Shown: positions 1 to 10,888 of the stretch, one piece after another
Layout: each line of letters opens with the position of its first letter
Position numbering within the stretch: position 1 is the first letter of the stretch
Source of the DNA: Selaginella moellendorffii
Taxonomy: Eukaryota > Plantae > Lycopodiophyta
Direction: 5' to 3'
Length of the DNA: 64,000 bases
Assembly (NCBI RefSeq): GCF_000143415.4
Contig: NW_003314280.1
Coordinates: 922,235-986,234 of the forward strand
Position numbers and translations under genes: made by a program
Notes under the pieces: model-generated
What the model was told of the DNA's origin: nothing
What the model saw: the letters and a program-made list of their open reading frames with translations, nothing else
Database searches by the model: none

Positions 1-280
1 AGGGAAAGATTATAGGTGTTTGATAAAAGCATTAAATACTTGATTAAATTTATAATGCACTTTATCGCTTTAAGAAGGCACTCTTTTTTGAGTTAGCAAA
101 GAAAACTAAGCGAACTTAAAACTTTCGTGCTTAAAGCTTACCACCATCCTCCTTATATCCATCTTGCATTTTAGGTGGATCAGTGCACCAGTGGAGAGCT
201 GTGAGGAAAGTTACCTTCTCCTTGTCCTTACATTTGATCTCGGAGTTTGCTCCATCCATTTTCTTTTAGGGCGCGGGAGA

Positions 281-1942
281 ATGTGGATCGAATGTAGCGT
301 GTTCCAAGGCGCTTGTCTGGGCGCGATCACGCGAGATCGCTGCGGCGCTGGCGCCAGCATCATCGGCGTGGAGCGGCGATCACCCGGTAATCGGCGGCAG
401 AGATGGAGTGATCGCCCTTGCGTGCTCAGCGCCGCTAGAAACGCACGAGTGGCGCCTGGACAAGCGCGACGCTCTTCTACTTCTTCTCCTTCTACAAGGT
501 TCGCTCGTTCTTTCTTTCTTGTGCTTGCGTGCTTTCATTCTTCTTCGTCATGCGCGTGTGTTTTGTTGCCTTGGTGCTTCTTTTCCAGGTAGCAAGTGTA
601 GCATTTGCTCTAAGTTTTACTTTCCTATGCTTTTAGATCGCCTCAGGCGGTGGAGCTCCTCCACCACCTTACCATGGTGTCGATGCTACGCTTCGGGGAC
701 TGGCAGGAGCAGCGGAAGGATTTGGTGCCGCTTCGATCGGTGGCCTCGAAGGCGATACTTATTCCGTCACCAATCTCCTTGGTAAGAAACGGAAATGAAA
801 GCTTTCATGGAGTGTTTCTTAGCTCGTGTTCCCGTGCTTGTGCTTTTATAGATGACGGTCCTGGAAGTCTTCGTTATGCTGCTGCTCGAGACGAGCCACT
901 CTGGGTTGTGTTTAACGTTTCAGGAACAATTTCTCTAGCGTCCCCGCTCAGAGTCACGTCCCACAAGACGATCGATGGCCGCGGCCAACGGATCAAAATC
1001 ACTGGAAACGGTCTGCTCCTGCAGAGCTGCGAGCATGTCATCGTAAACAATCTCGAGTTTGAGCGAGGCCGCGGCGATGCCATCACAATTGTCGCTGACG
1101 CCAAAGACGTGTGGATCGATCGCTGCACGCTCTCGGACTACAATGACGGCCTCATTGACATCACGAGACGGAGCACTCGCGTGACGGTTTCCAGGTAACT
1201 CGAAGAAGTCCACGCAAGTTTTTTACTGGGTCTTTCCCTTTCGTTCTCTTTTGCAGATGTCACTTTTATCGGCACAAAAAAACGATGCTTATCAGTGCCA
1301 ATCCTCGTCACGTCGGGGATAGAAACATTAAAGTTACAATCCACCATTGTTACTTTGATCAGACGCAAGAACGACATCCTCGAGTGAGATTCGCGAAAGT
1401 CCATCTTTACAACAACTACTTTCGGGAGTGGGGGGTGTATGGTGTTCGCGCTAGCGTGGAAGCTCAGGTGCTCTGGTCTGATCTGATCTTATTCCATCAC
1501 GCTTAACTTCATCCTCGTTTTTTTCTGGTAAATGCTGGCAGATTGTCTCGGAGCACAACGTTTATGAGGCCGGAACCAGCAAGCGTGCTTTCGACTATTT
1601 TATTGAAAAGGTGACGCATCGCGGCCCATGTCCTTGACTGTCTTTTTCTCTTTTGGGCATGAAAGCCACTCAACTTTTTCTCCTTTCTCCCTGTCAATCT
1701 CGTATTTTAATCTTTGCCCCTTTTTGTTCCAGGCTCCCGATAGTGATATAGCCGTTGCTGGCAGCATCAGCTCTGATGGAGATGTGTTTCTCAATGGAGC
1801 CGAAGGCCCAGCAAACTCCACTGCCTTCCTTCCAGAAGATTACTACTCGGTGAATCCCAAAGTGCAACCGGCAGGCAAGCAGCTTGTCAGAGTGATCAGG
1901 GAGACGGCTGGGTGGCAAAACATACCGCTTCCCGGCAGCTAG
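281..1942 (+). CDS. Pectate lyase-like protein (PL1, At3g55140-type), multi-exon
   Basis: Spliced reading gives PYHGVDATLRGLAGAAEGFG...DDGPGSLR...PLWVVF...KTIDGRG...WIDRC...DGLIDI...RHPRVRFAKVHLYNNY; GT-AG introns; stop at 1942. Start codon (281) uncertain. Confidence 0.9.
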
Positions 1943-3233
1943 TCCGTCAAGGTAAGTTCGATTTCTTTTTCGATAAGTGCCTCGATCAATTCCCGTTTGA
2001 TTGCAGAAAAGCGACTCGCGTTTTGATGAGCACCACCGTTGTCATCACCAAGCGTCTTACTGCGCAACGAGAAGCTAAATTCCGAAGAAGGAAAAGCCTG
2101 CCGGATCATGGGGACGGTATGGTGGAGCTCACGAACTCTGGAGTCGGTTCCTTCACGCGAGCAGCCTGAGAGCCACCGCCCATTCCAGTGAGACTGGAAT
2201 TTACGTTTTTTTTTTACTCGGCTCTAGAAGGTACGCTAAAACACAGGTCGCGAAGAATCGACCAAATCTCGACCAACTTCGGACCGAGCCAAGCGAGAAA
2301 CGAGCCATTGATTCCATCCAAGACCAAGTTAAAGAGACCCGAGTGAAGAAGATGGTAGGAAAAGTTTATCTATCTTTTCTTAACAAAGAACTTGTGTGTC
2401 AGGTTGACTACTATGGCTCTCTCACTCTGGTGAGCAAACTTTCGAGTAGAAAAAAAAAACAAAGAAAAAGAAAAATGGAGCAGTGAATTTTTTTCCATTC
2501 TTTTGTTTTGGGCGATGAGCTACGACGAGCGAGAAGTGACACGGTTGGTTTTGGAGTGGTTTGGCTCTTGTCACGGAGCCATGAAAATCGTTTCGTTGGT
2601 ACCAGCGTCTCAGGCAAAAGGCTGGCGGTATCCAATGTTGGCTCGCTGGAGCTCGGTTGGCTATGGCGGTCATACATAGAGATTCATTCTTACACACAAA
2701 AGAAGGTGGTTTTTTTTTTTTTTTTTCTTAGCTAAGTTTAAGCAGCGGGTGTGAGTGATTCCAGTGTTCCCCCAAATTTGGGGAGGGAAACAAGGGCCGC
2801 TGATTCCACCACCACTGATTAAACTCGGGGCCTTGAAAATTCCTTGCGTTTCTCTCCAATCAGTTCTAAAGCTCGCGAGCTACTAAGTGAGAACTCGAGG
2901 TCTTCCAAGTAAGCTCTCTCAGATCTTTTCTCTAGTTTCTTTTTGGTCGCTCCTTTCACACATGTGAGAATTCATGCCTTTCATTGATTCCTCCATTCAT
3001 AGATTCTAATTTCTGCGCTAGCTTTCTTTCTCCACTAGCGAGGCCGAGCTAGTGCTAGCCTAGTAGCTAGCGTTTTCTTTCTCCGCGCGCTTTCTTCCTC
3101 TCTATCGAGATTCTTTCATCGATCCATCCCTTCTTGCCGAGCTCCCGCGTTTCGCTACGCATCCACATTTCGTCCAGATCGCGAGCACCATCCGGATCGC
3201 CAGTGAAGAACAAGGAAGGAGAGCTCCAATCCA

Positions 3234-5354
3234 ATGGCGATGGCGTCGCCGCTAGCGCTGGTGGCGATGCTAGTCCGCTACTCCCTGCTGATCACGGCGA
3301 TCCTGGCGATGGTGGCGATGGTGGCGATGGGGGAGGAGGACGACTCCCTCTTCACCGTGGCCAAGCAGTTCAAGCGCTCCGTCCAGAACGTGGCGGCGGG
3401 CGAGCCGAGCTCCGGGCTATGGACGTCGCGCGCGCGGCAGCGTCCCCTCCCCACCAACAAGTTCTGGCAGAACTTCGTGCTCAACAGGGGATCCTCGCCG
3501 GAGTACATCCATCCCTACACCATCCAGGCGGGTAACTCCTCCATCGCCATCGGCTACCCCAAGCGCCAGGCCTCGCCCACCTTGATCGCCCAGATCCACG
3601 CCAACGATCTTTTGGTCTCCGCGCGATCGCCATCATCGCCCATCATCCAGGTCTCCCACCACGACGACCTCACCGTGACGCTCTCCCTCGGCCAGGCAAT
3701 GCGCGCGCACCTCCTCCGCGGCAGCCCCTACGTCTCCTTCGTCTTCTCGGACGCCACGCCGCTCATCGCCAGCGCGCACGCCATCGCCAATCTCTCCCGG
3801 AGCGCCGACTCCACCAAGCACACGCTCTTCCTCGCCAATGGCCAGAGGTGGGTCGTCTACTCCTCCGCGCCGATCCATCTCCAGCTCGATCGGTCCGCGC
3901 AGCAGCTCTCGGCCAGCGGCGATGGGTACTCGGGCGTTCTTCGCATCGCGCTCGTCGCCACCCCCAGCGCCGAGCCACTGCTCGATCGCTACAGCGGCTG
4001 CTACGCGGTGGCGTCCTGGGTCTCGATCGACACCGTCTCCTCCGCGCCGCGCGCCTCCATGGCCTTCACCTACAAGACCCAGGGCCGCGGCGACCTCCTC
4101 CTCCTCGCGCTCCCCCTCCACCGCGCCGCCATGGACTACGCCACCGCCGGCGCGCGCCCGCTCCCCCAGCTCCGCTACGCCAGCATCGACGGCGAGCTCC
4201 AGGGCGTGGTGGGCAGCCTCTGGAAGCTCGACTCCAGCGCGCCCATGGCCGCCATAGCCTGGCACTCGGTGGCGGGGATCCGCGAGCCCACTGCAGCTGG
4301 GCGGCTTGGCGCGGCCCTCGCCCGCGACGTGGCGGCGCTCCGCCCGATCAACACCTCCTCGACGTACTTCTTCGGCAAGGCGGTGGCGCGCGCCGCGCGG
4401 CTGGCGCTCATCGCTGAGGAGATCGGTGCTCCCGACCAGGCGGCGGCGGTGGCGGCGTTCCTGGATTCCAACCTCAGCCCCTGGTTCGATGGATCCAACG
4501 CGGGGAACGCGATCGTCTACGATGGGCAGTGGGGTGGATTGGTGAGCCAGGCCGGGGCTTTCGACTCGGGCGCGGACTTTGGCCTGGGAGTGTACAACGA
4601 TCACCACTACCACTGGGGCTACTTCGTCTACGCGGGCGCCGTGCTCGCCAAGCTCGATCGCGGCTGGGGCGAGCGCTACCGCACGAATCTCTACTCGCTG
4701 GTGGGCGATTACATGTCCCCGGCGCCGCCGCGCTCCGGATCATCGCGCGCGAATTTCCCGCGCTTCCGCCACTTCGATCCGTGGGTGATGCACTCCTGGG
4801 CGGGCGGGCTGACCGAGTTCGCGGATGGGCGCAACCAGGAGAGCAGCAGCGAGGCCGTGAACGCCTACTACGCGGCGGCGCTGCTGGGGCGAGCCTACGG
4901 CGACGAGGATCTCGCCAACACCGGCAGCGCCATCGCTGGATTCGAGGCGCTGGGCGCGAAATCGCTGTGGCACATCCGCCGCGACAGCGATCTCTACGAG
5001 CCGGAGTTTGTTCGCGAGAATCGGATGAGCGGCGTGGTGTGGGCGAACAAGCGGGACACTGCGCTGTGGTTCGCGGCCACGTCGGTGCTCGAGTGCCGCG
5101 TCGGCATCCAGGTCATACCGGTGACGCCCGCCACGGAGGCGCTGTACGACGACGTGGACTACAACCGGCAGCTGTACGAGTGGGCGTCGCCGGCGGTGCA
5201 GAGCGACACGTGGCGGGGGTTCGCGCTGGCGGTGCAGGCCACGTATGATCCGGCACGCGCGCGTGCCAACGTGGAGCTCCTGGAGAGGTTTGACGATGGG
5301 AATTCCTTGTCCAATATGTTGTGGTGGGTTTACACGAGGCCCAGCATCACGTAG
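3234..5354 (+). CDS. GH81 endo-1,3(4)-beta-glucanase / beta-glucan-binding protein, intronless
   Basis: 706 aa ORF; PLPTNKFWQN, RGSPYV, STYFFGKAVARAARL, YNDHHYHWGY, DGRNQESSSEAVNAY (catalytic D/E motifs), FDDGNSLSN; hydrophobic N-terminus. Confidence 0.95.
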   Translation: MAMASPLALVAMLVRYSLLITAILAMVAMVAMGEEDDSLFTVAKQFKRSVQNVAAGEPSSGLWTSRARQRPLPTNKFWQNFVLNRGSSPEYIHPYTIQAGNSSIAIGYPKRQASPTLIAQIHANDLLVSARSPSSPIIQVSHHDDLTVTLSLGQAMRAHLLRGSPYVSFVFSDATPLIASAHAIANLSRSADSTKHTLFLANGQRWVVYSSAPIHLQLDRSAQQLSASGDGYSGVLRIALVATPSAEPLLDRYSGCYAVASWVSIDTVSSAPRASMAFTYKTQGRGDLLLLALPLHRAAMDYATAGARPLPQLRYASIDGELQGVVGSLWKLDSSAPMAAIAWHSVAGIREPTAAGRLGAALARDVAALRPINTSSTYFFGKAVARAARLALIAEEIGAPDQAAAVAAFLDSNLSPWFDGSNAGNAIVYDGQWGGLVSQAGAFDSGADFGLGVYNDHHYHWGYFVYAGAVLAKLDRGWGERYRTNLYSLVGDYMSPAPPRSGSSRANFPRFRHFDPWVMHSWAGGLTEFADGRNQESSSEAVNAYYAAALLGRAYGDEDLANTGSAIAGFEALGAKSLWHIRRDSDLYEPEFVRENRMSGVVWANKRDTALWFAATSVLECRVGIQVIPVTPATEALYDDVDYNRQLYEWASPAVQSDTWRGFALAVQATYDPARARANVELLERFDDGNSLSNMLWWVYTRPSIT

Positions 5355-5662
5355 GAGCTTTTTTCATCGTTTTTACTTTCTACTATCTATTACACCTGTT
5401 GTAAAAAGAGCTGCGCGCCAATCTTTGAATTCGAATCAAGCGGGATATACTCCGGCATCTTGGGGATTTGCGCGCTAATTTCATGTTTCCCTCGAGTAGA
5501 AAGTTTCTTCTCTCAGCGCAATGGAAGAAAGAAAGTTTCCTCTCTCAGCGCAATTGGAAGAAACCTCGAGGAATCGGGTGCCTATAAGATCGATGTCGAG
5601 AGTTTCTATCAGCGCAATCTCCAGCAATCGGGCAGATCCATGCGCGAGAATCCTACGAGAAT

Positions 5663-6169
5663 ATGGAATTGCTCCTTGTGATTGCTCTTGTCTCTATGAC
5701 CATCGGACTCGCCGACAGCTACAGCGCTGCGATTCGGGCCAGCCTCCAGCAGGATAATTCCATCGATCAAGAGTTCCTGGACGCGCACAACGCCGCCAGG
5801 GCCGCGGTAGACGTCCCGCCGCTCTCGTGGGACGCGAGCCTGGCCGAGTTTGCTCGGGGCTGGGCGTCCAGGCTGCGAGACGCCGGCTGCACGAACTTGG
5901 TTCACTCGGGGGGCATGTACGGGGAGAACCTGTGGTACGGGCCCGGAAGACCCAGCGACGCCGTGGGGCTGTGGGTGGCGGAGCAGCGCTTCTACGATCC
6001 GGAGAGCAACCAGTGCAAGAGTGGCGAGGTGTGTGGGCATTACACCCAGGTTGTCTGGTCGAGGTCCCAGAAGCTCGGATGCGCGTATCTGAGCTGTGGA
6101 AATGGATTGTTTGTGGCGAGCTGCAACTATTATCCGAGAGGAAACATTGTTGGAGAGACACCATTCTAG
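5663..6169 (+). CDS. PR1: Pathogenesis-related protein 1 (CAP/SCP domain), secreted
   Basis: Signal peptide; FLDAHNAARAAV, YGENL, CGHYTQVVW, CNYYPRGN. Confidence 0.95.
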   Translation: MELLLVIALVSMTIGLADSYSAAIRASLQQDNSIDQEFLDAHNAARAAVDVPPLSWDASLAEFARGWASRLRDAGCTNLVHSGGMYGENLWYGPGRPSDAVGLWVAEQRFYDPESNQCKSGEVCGHYTQVVWSRSQKLGCAYLSCGNGLFVASCNYYPRGNIVGETPF

Positions 6170-6760
6170 AGCGGGGTTTAAGGTTTAACAAACCCTAAAG
6201 GTAGTATAAAGGTAGGGTTTAAGGACCTTAAAGGTATAGATCGTTCAAGGGTTTAACGATCTGTTGCTAAAAGTTGTGAACAGGAGTTTGGATAGGCTTG
6301 GCTGCGTGATCATGAGCAGAATATGCGCCCTTCTTCTACGTTTGCCTGAATCGTTGGATCCAAGCCGGCGCCGACAAGATTCCCGTGCACACAAAGCGCT
6401 GTTTTCTTGCGCTCGCTTTTGTTTGTTATGGCTCGCCTCGCGTCAAAGCACAAATTCCATGACACCCCAAAAGCCTTCCCTCGTTCTCCTCCTCCTCCGA
6501 GAGCAAGAACAAGGAGAGAGAGAGGGAGAGGGAGATCGGGGAGATAGTTTGTTTTGCTTATGGTTTGGGCGATAATAGATATAAGTATTCTCAGTCGACA
6601 CAACACAACAGAGAGTCGATCCATGCAGAACTGCGCCACCCCACCCCCACTCTTACCCTTCTCCCAGCTCCACTTGGAGTGATCTTTGGAAGTTCCAGTA
6701 CCAAAGATCCAGCGAAAGCCCAATTTCTCATCTCGTCAAGCTCGCTGGATTCGAGAGATC

Positions 6761-8878
6761 ATGACCAACAACAACAGCTTGATCACATTCATCCTTCTCG
6801 CAATCGCCGTCAAAGCACTCGCGGGAGACGATGATCAATGCTTTGGCAGCATCAACAACGCGGCGGCGGGCATTCCCTCGCAGCTCTGGTCCACCGATCT
6901 CCGGAGCTCCGGCGCTCCACTCCCCACCAACGCATTCTGGCTCAACTACGTGCTCCAGGACGGATCCCAGCCCGAGTACATCCACCCCTACTCGATCCGA
7001 TTCAAGCAAGGCCTCGTCTCCCTGTGCTATCCCAAGCGCCTCCTCCAGCCCACCGCCGTGATCCAGGTCCACACCGACGATCTCTCCATCTCGTGCAAGG
7101 AGGAGCCCGGCACCGCCTTCGCCGTCTCGGCCTTCGACGACCTCAGCGTCACGCTGGCCAGCCAGGGCCGCCGCCTCACGGTACCGCTGGTCCGCGGCAG
7201 CCCCTACGTCACCTTCCTCTTCCGCGGCGGTACGCCGCTACTGTCCACCATCAACGCGGTGATCAACGTCACCTCCAACCCGGACGCCACCAAGCACAAA
7301 ATCCTCTTCAACAGCGGCCAGACCTGGCTCCTCTACTCCTCCTCGCCGCTTCCAATCTCCATCGACGCCACCACCAGCAGCTTTGCGCTCCGGGCCGACG
7401 CCAGGCCCTTCACCGGCACGATCCGCGCGGCAGTGCTCACCGACCCCGCCTCGGAGCCCACCCTGGACACGTACAGCCAGTGCTACGCGACGCGCGGTAC
7501 CGTGGAGTTTCCAGCGCCCTTCACAATGCAGCACAAGTACACCACCGCCGGCGGCGCGGGGGAGCTCCTGCTGCTCAGCCTGCCCATGCACCGCAGCATA
7601 CTGCAACAAGCCGGCGGCACGGGTACGAACGCCGCCCGCGGCATGCCGTCGCTGACGTACAACAGCATCGACGGTCAGATGGAAGGCGTGGTGGGCTCCA
7701 CGTGGACACTCCGCGCGGGCGGTGCCAACGTCAGCTGGCATTCACCGCGCGGACTCCGTGCGGACCCAGCGGCGTCACACGAGATCAGCGCCGCGCTGCA
7801 GCGGGACGTGGACGACCTCCCGGGCGTCATAGTGAACTCGTCCACGTACTTCTTCGGCAAGGCCGCTGCCCGTGCCGCGCGGCTCGCTCTCATAGCCGAG
7901 GAGGTGGCCAGGCCCGACTTGACGGGGAGGATTGCCGCCACCTTGAGGAGCTCGCTCGCGCAGTGGCTGGACAGTAACCACGCTGTCAATCCAAACATGA
8001 GTAACAGCATTGGCTATGATCGCCAGTGGGGAGGCCTCGTGAGCAGCGACGGTGCCGCCGACAGTGGTGCCGACTTTGGCCTTGGAATGTACAACGATCA
8101 CCACTTCCACTGGGGCTACTTCGTCTACGCGGGAGCCGTGCTCGCAAGAATGGACCCGGAGTGGGGGAGCCAGCACCGCTGCCAGCTCTACTCTCTCGTG
8201 TCCGACTACATGCAGCACGGTACCTCGCAGCACAACTCGGGCAGTGCCGCGCGGTACCCCCGCCTCCGCCACTTCGACCACTGGCTCATGCACTCGTGGG
8301 CCGCGGGGCTCAAGAACTTCGCCGACGGCCGCAACCAGGAGAGCACCAGCGAGGCCGTCAACTCGTACTACGCGGCGTCGCTGCTGGGCTCCGCCTTCCA
8401 CGACGCGGCGCTGGCCGAGCTCGGCGTCACGCTGGTGGCCTTCGAGACGCACGCCGCGCAGTCGCTGTGGCACGTACCGCTGGGCAGCGAGCTGTACGAG
8501 GCCGAGTTTGTGGCGCGCAACCGGATGATCGGGGTGCTCTGGGCCAACAAGCGCGACACGGCTCTCTGGTTCGGTCCGCCCGAGTGGCTGGAGGTCCGGC
8601 TGGGCATCCAGGTGCTGCCCGTGACGCCGGTGACCGAGGTGCTCTTCTCGGACACCGGCTTCGCCAGGGAGGTGGTGGAGTGGGCGTCTGCGGATATGGA
8701 CTCGCGGCCCGAGGCCTCCGACGGCTGGAAGGGGTTCGTCTTCGCGCTCCAGGCGAGCTACGACCCCGCCACTGCTCTCCACCACGCCAGGCAGCTCAAG
8801 GAGTTTGACGACGGCAACTCGGCCTCCAACTTGCTCTGGTGGATCCACACACGGGCTGCCAATCCCGAGAGGCTCTAG
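6761..8878 (+). CDS. GH81 endo-1,3(4)-beta-glucanase, second tandem paralogue, intronless
   Basis: ATG at 6761 followed by a signal peptide; PLPTNAFW, YNDHHFHWGY, DGRNQESTSEAVN, FDDGNSASN. Confidence 0.95.
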   Translation: MTNNNSLITFILLAIAVKALAGDDDQCFGSINNAAAGIPSQLWSTDLRSSGAPLPTNAFWLNYVLQDGSQPEYIHPYSIRFKQGLVSLCYPKRLLQPTAVIQVHTDDLSISCKEEPGTAFAVSAFDDLSVTLASQGRRLTVPLVRGSPYVTFLFRGGTPLLSTINAVINVTSNPDATKHKILFNSGQTWLLYSSSPLPISIDATTSSFALRADARPFTGTIRAAVLTDPASEPTLDTYSQCYATRGTVEFPAPFTMQHKYTTAGGAGELLLLSLPMHRSILQQAGGTGTNAARGMPSLTYNSIDGQMEGVVGSTWTLRAGGANVSWHSPRGLRADPAASHEISAALQRDVDDLPGVIVNSSTYFFGKAAARAARLALIAEEVARPDLTGRIAATLRSSLAQWLDSNHAVNPNMSNSIGYDRQWGGLVSSDGAADSGADFGLGMYNDHHFHWGYFVYAGAVLARMDPEWGSQHRCQLYSLVSDYMQHGTSQHNSGSAARYPRLRHFDHWLMHSWAAGLKNFADGRNQESTSEAVNSYYAASLLGSAFHDAALAELGVTLVAFETHAAQSLWHVPLGSELYEAEFVARNRMIGVLWANKRDTALWFGPPEWLEVRLGIQVLPVTPVTEVLFSDTGFAREVVEWASADMDSRPEASDGWKGFVFALQASYDPATALHHARQLKEFDDGNSASNLLWWIHTRAANPERL

Positions 8879-8886
8879 CCGAGAAG

Positions 8887-9218
8887 CCTGCTTGTGTGCG
8901 TTAACCAGTAAAGCTCTCACCACCTTGTTGATGAGAAGCTCCAGCTATGGCATAGAGTTGAAAGCGTTTCCCAGCTGACTCGATAGATCTTCGCCTGTAC
9001 TCTCAAGCTCCGAAAGATTCGACCACCTTGAAAAGAAAGCTCGAGTTTTGCAGCCTGTGTGTGTTAACCAGCTTCAAAGTTCTGACCACCTTGTTGAAGA
9101 GCTATCGCATAGATTTGCCAGCGTTTCCCAGCTGACTCGATAGATCTGTCCCTTGTACTCTCAAGCTCCGAAAAAAGTCGAGAGATTCGACGACCTTGAA
9201 AAGAAAGCTCGAGGTTTT
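8887..9218. repeat. Imperfect tandem duplication of ~165 bp (two units)
   Basis: Blocks such as GTTAACCAG, CCACCTTGTTGA, AGCGTTTCCCAGCTGACTCGATAGATCT, TGTACTCTCAAGCTCCGAAA and ACCTTGAAAAGAAAGCTCGAG each occur twice in the same order. Confidence 0.9.
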
Positions 9219-9227
9219 CCCACCTGG

Positions 9228-10853
9228 CTATCTTCTCTGACCGGCCGCCGAGGCTTTGAAAGCGTTTTCGAGCTGAACAAACACCGCCGAAGTTCTCAGC
9301 TCCTTGGATCCGAAAAGAAGAAACTCGGCCGCCTGCTGTCCCCGGCCGACGTCCTTGTGGATTCCGCAGCCTCCCAGCAACGCCTCCAGTGTCACCGAGT
9401 CGGGATCATACGGAGTAGCGTCGATCACATCCACGGCCTCGTCCAGCCGGCCTGCTCGGGCCAGCATGTCCACCATGCAGCAGTAATGGTCTCTCGTCGC
9501 CGCCACGTCGTGGTCCGCGAGCATGGAGCGAAAGCAGCCGAGTCCCACGTCTACGAGCCCGGCATGGCTGCAGCAGCTGAGGATGGTGATAAAGGCCACC
9601 TCATCCAGCTCCATTCCCTGGAGCTCCATCTCCTGGAACGCTTGGACGGCATCTCTCCCGTGCTTGTTTAGAGCGTAAGCTCCCACCATCGCCGTCCACG
9701 AGACCAGGCATCGGTGTGGAGCCGAGTCGAAGGCCTCTCGAGCTTCTTGCAGGCTTCCCTTCAAGCCGAAGGCCGTCACCATTGCGTTCCAAGCCATAGC
9801 CGGGTGGCAGGGCATTCTCTCAAACACCGCCTTGGCTTTGTCGTGGCGGCCTGCGAGAGCGAAGGCCTGGAGCAAGCCGGTCCAGGAAGCAGCATCGCGG
9901 CTGTGCATCGCCTCAAAAATCTTCTGCGACTCTTGGAGATGGCCGTGTTGAGCATTCCCTGCCAGCAAAACATTCCACGTAAACGAGTTTCTCTCCGGCA
10001 GCCTGTCAAACATCTCCTTGGCTTGCTCGAGCTCCTTGCGCTGGACGAGAGCAGCCAGAATCGCCGTGCACGACACCACGTCGTGCTCCACCATCCTGTC
10101 GAATCCCATCTTGGCCGATTCATAGTCGTCGCGAAGAACATAAGCTTGCACCAAAGAGGTCCACGAAACCACTGTTCTCTCGGGCATCTGCTCGAACAAA
10201 CCCTTCGTGTCTTCCACACTGCTCTTCCCCGAGCCAGACAAGGCCAGCATCGAGTTCCAAGATACCACCGTCCTCATCGGGATGTTCTCAAACACGGTTT
10301 GACAGTCGCAGAACCGGCTGCCGCTGGCAAAAGCCGAGAGCATGGCGTTCCAGGACACCTCGTTGCGTTCGGGCATGCTGTCGAAAATGCTCTTGGCTTC
10401 CACCACCAGTCCCTGCCTGGCAAATGCTTGCAGCACTGAAGTCCAAGTTACTGTGTCCACCAGTGGCATCCTGTAGAACAAGCGCTCGGCTTCCTCCATA
10501 TACCCTGCCTGAGCATAGGCCACCAGAACCGTGTTCCAGGTTGCAATGTTCCTCTCGGACGAGCAGTCGAACAAGTGCTTCACCCTGTCCAGATACCGGT
10601 TCCGGGCATACGCCTTCATCATCAAGTTGACGGAGTACGTGTTCGGCTCTGCGATACTATCGAACACTTGGACTGCATCCCGTAAACTTCCACACTTGCT
10701 GTACATTTCGATGAGAAGGTTGGCTAGGTAGATGTTTCCCCTGTTGCTGCCGCTGGAGATGAAGTCATGAATTCTCTTCCCCTGAGAGAGGTCCTTCAGG
10801 TCTCCGCATTGTCTCAAACTGCGAGCGAGAGCTTCGATGGATACAAAACGCAT
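9228..10853 (-). CDS. PLS-class pentatricopeptide repeat protein (many S-type repeats, partial E domain)
   Basis: 541 aa; NLLIEMYSKCGSL, repeated FDxMPERNxVSW, ILSCCSHAGLV, HYCCMVDMLARAGRL; no DYW domain. Confidence 0.93.
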   Translation of the reverse strand: MRFVSIEALARSLRQCGDLKDLSQGKRIHDFISSGSNRGNIYLANLLIEMYSKCGSLRDAVQVFDSIAEPNTYSVNLMMKAYARNRYLDRVKHLFDCSSERNIATWNTVLVAYAQAGYMEEAERLFYRMPLVDTVTWTSVLQAFARQGLVVEAKSIFDSMPERNEVSWNAMLSAFASGSRFCDCQTVFENIPMRTVVSWNSMLALSGSGKSSVEDTKGLFEQMPERTVVSWTSLVQAYVLRDDYESAKMGFDRMVEHDVVSCTAILAALVQRKELEQAKEMFDRLPERNSFTWNVLLAGNAQHGHLQESQKIFEAMHSRDAASWTGLLQAFALAGRHDKAKAVFERMPCHPAMAWNAMVTAFGLKGSLQEAREAFDSAPHRCLVSWTAMVGAYALNKHGRDAVQAFQEMELQGMELDEVAFITILSCCSHAGLVDVGLGCFRSMLADHDVAATRDHYCCMVDMLARAGRLDEAVDVIDATPYDPDSVTLEALLGGCGIHKDVGRGQQAAEFLLFGSKELRTSAVFVQLENAFKASAAGQRR

Positions 10854-10888
10854 GTGTCAATTTACAAATCATGTACAGACTTTTACCG

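Noticed and set aside
6170-6260. GGGTTTA/AAACCCTA-like motifs after PR-1
   Set aside because: A few degenerate telomere-like words, not an array; such motifs are common throughout this window.
3633-8923. Long antisense and alternate-frame ORFs over the GH81 genes (326, 379, 382 aa)
   Set aside because: Shadow ORFs caused by high GC3; low-complexity Arg/Ala/Gly/Pro translations with no motifs.
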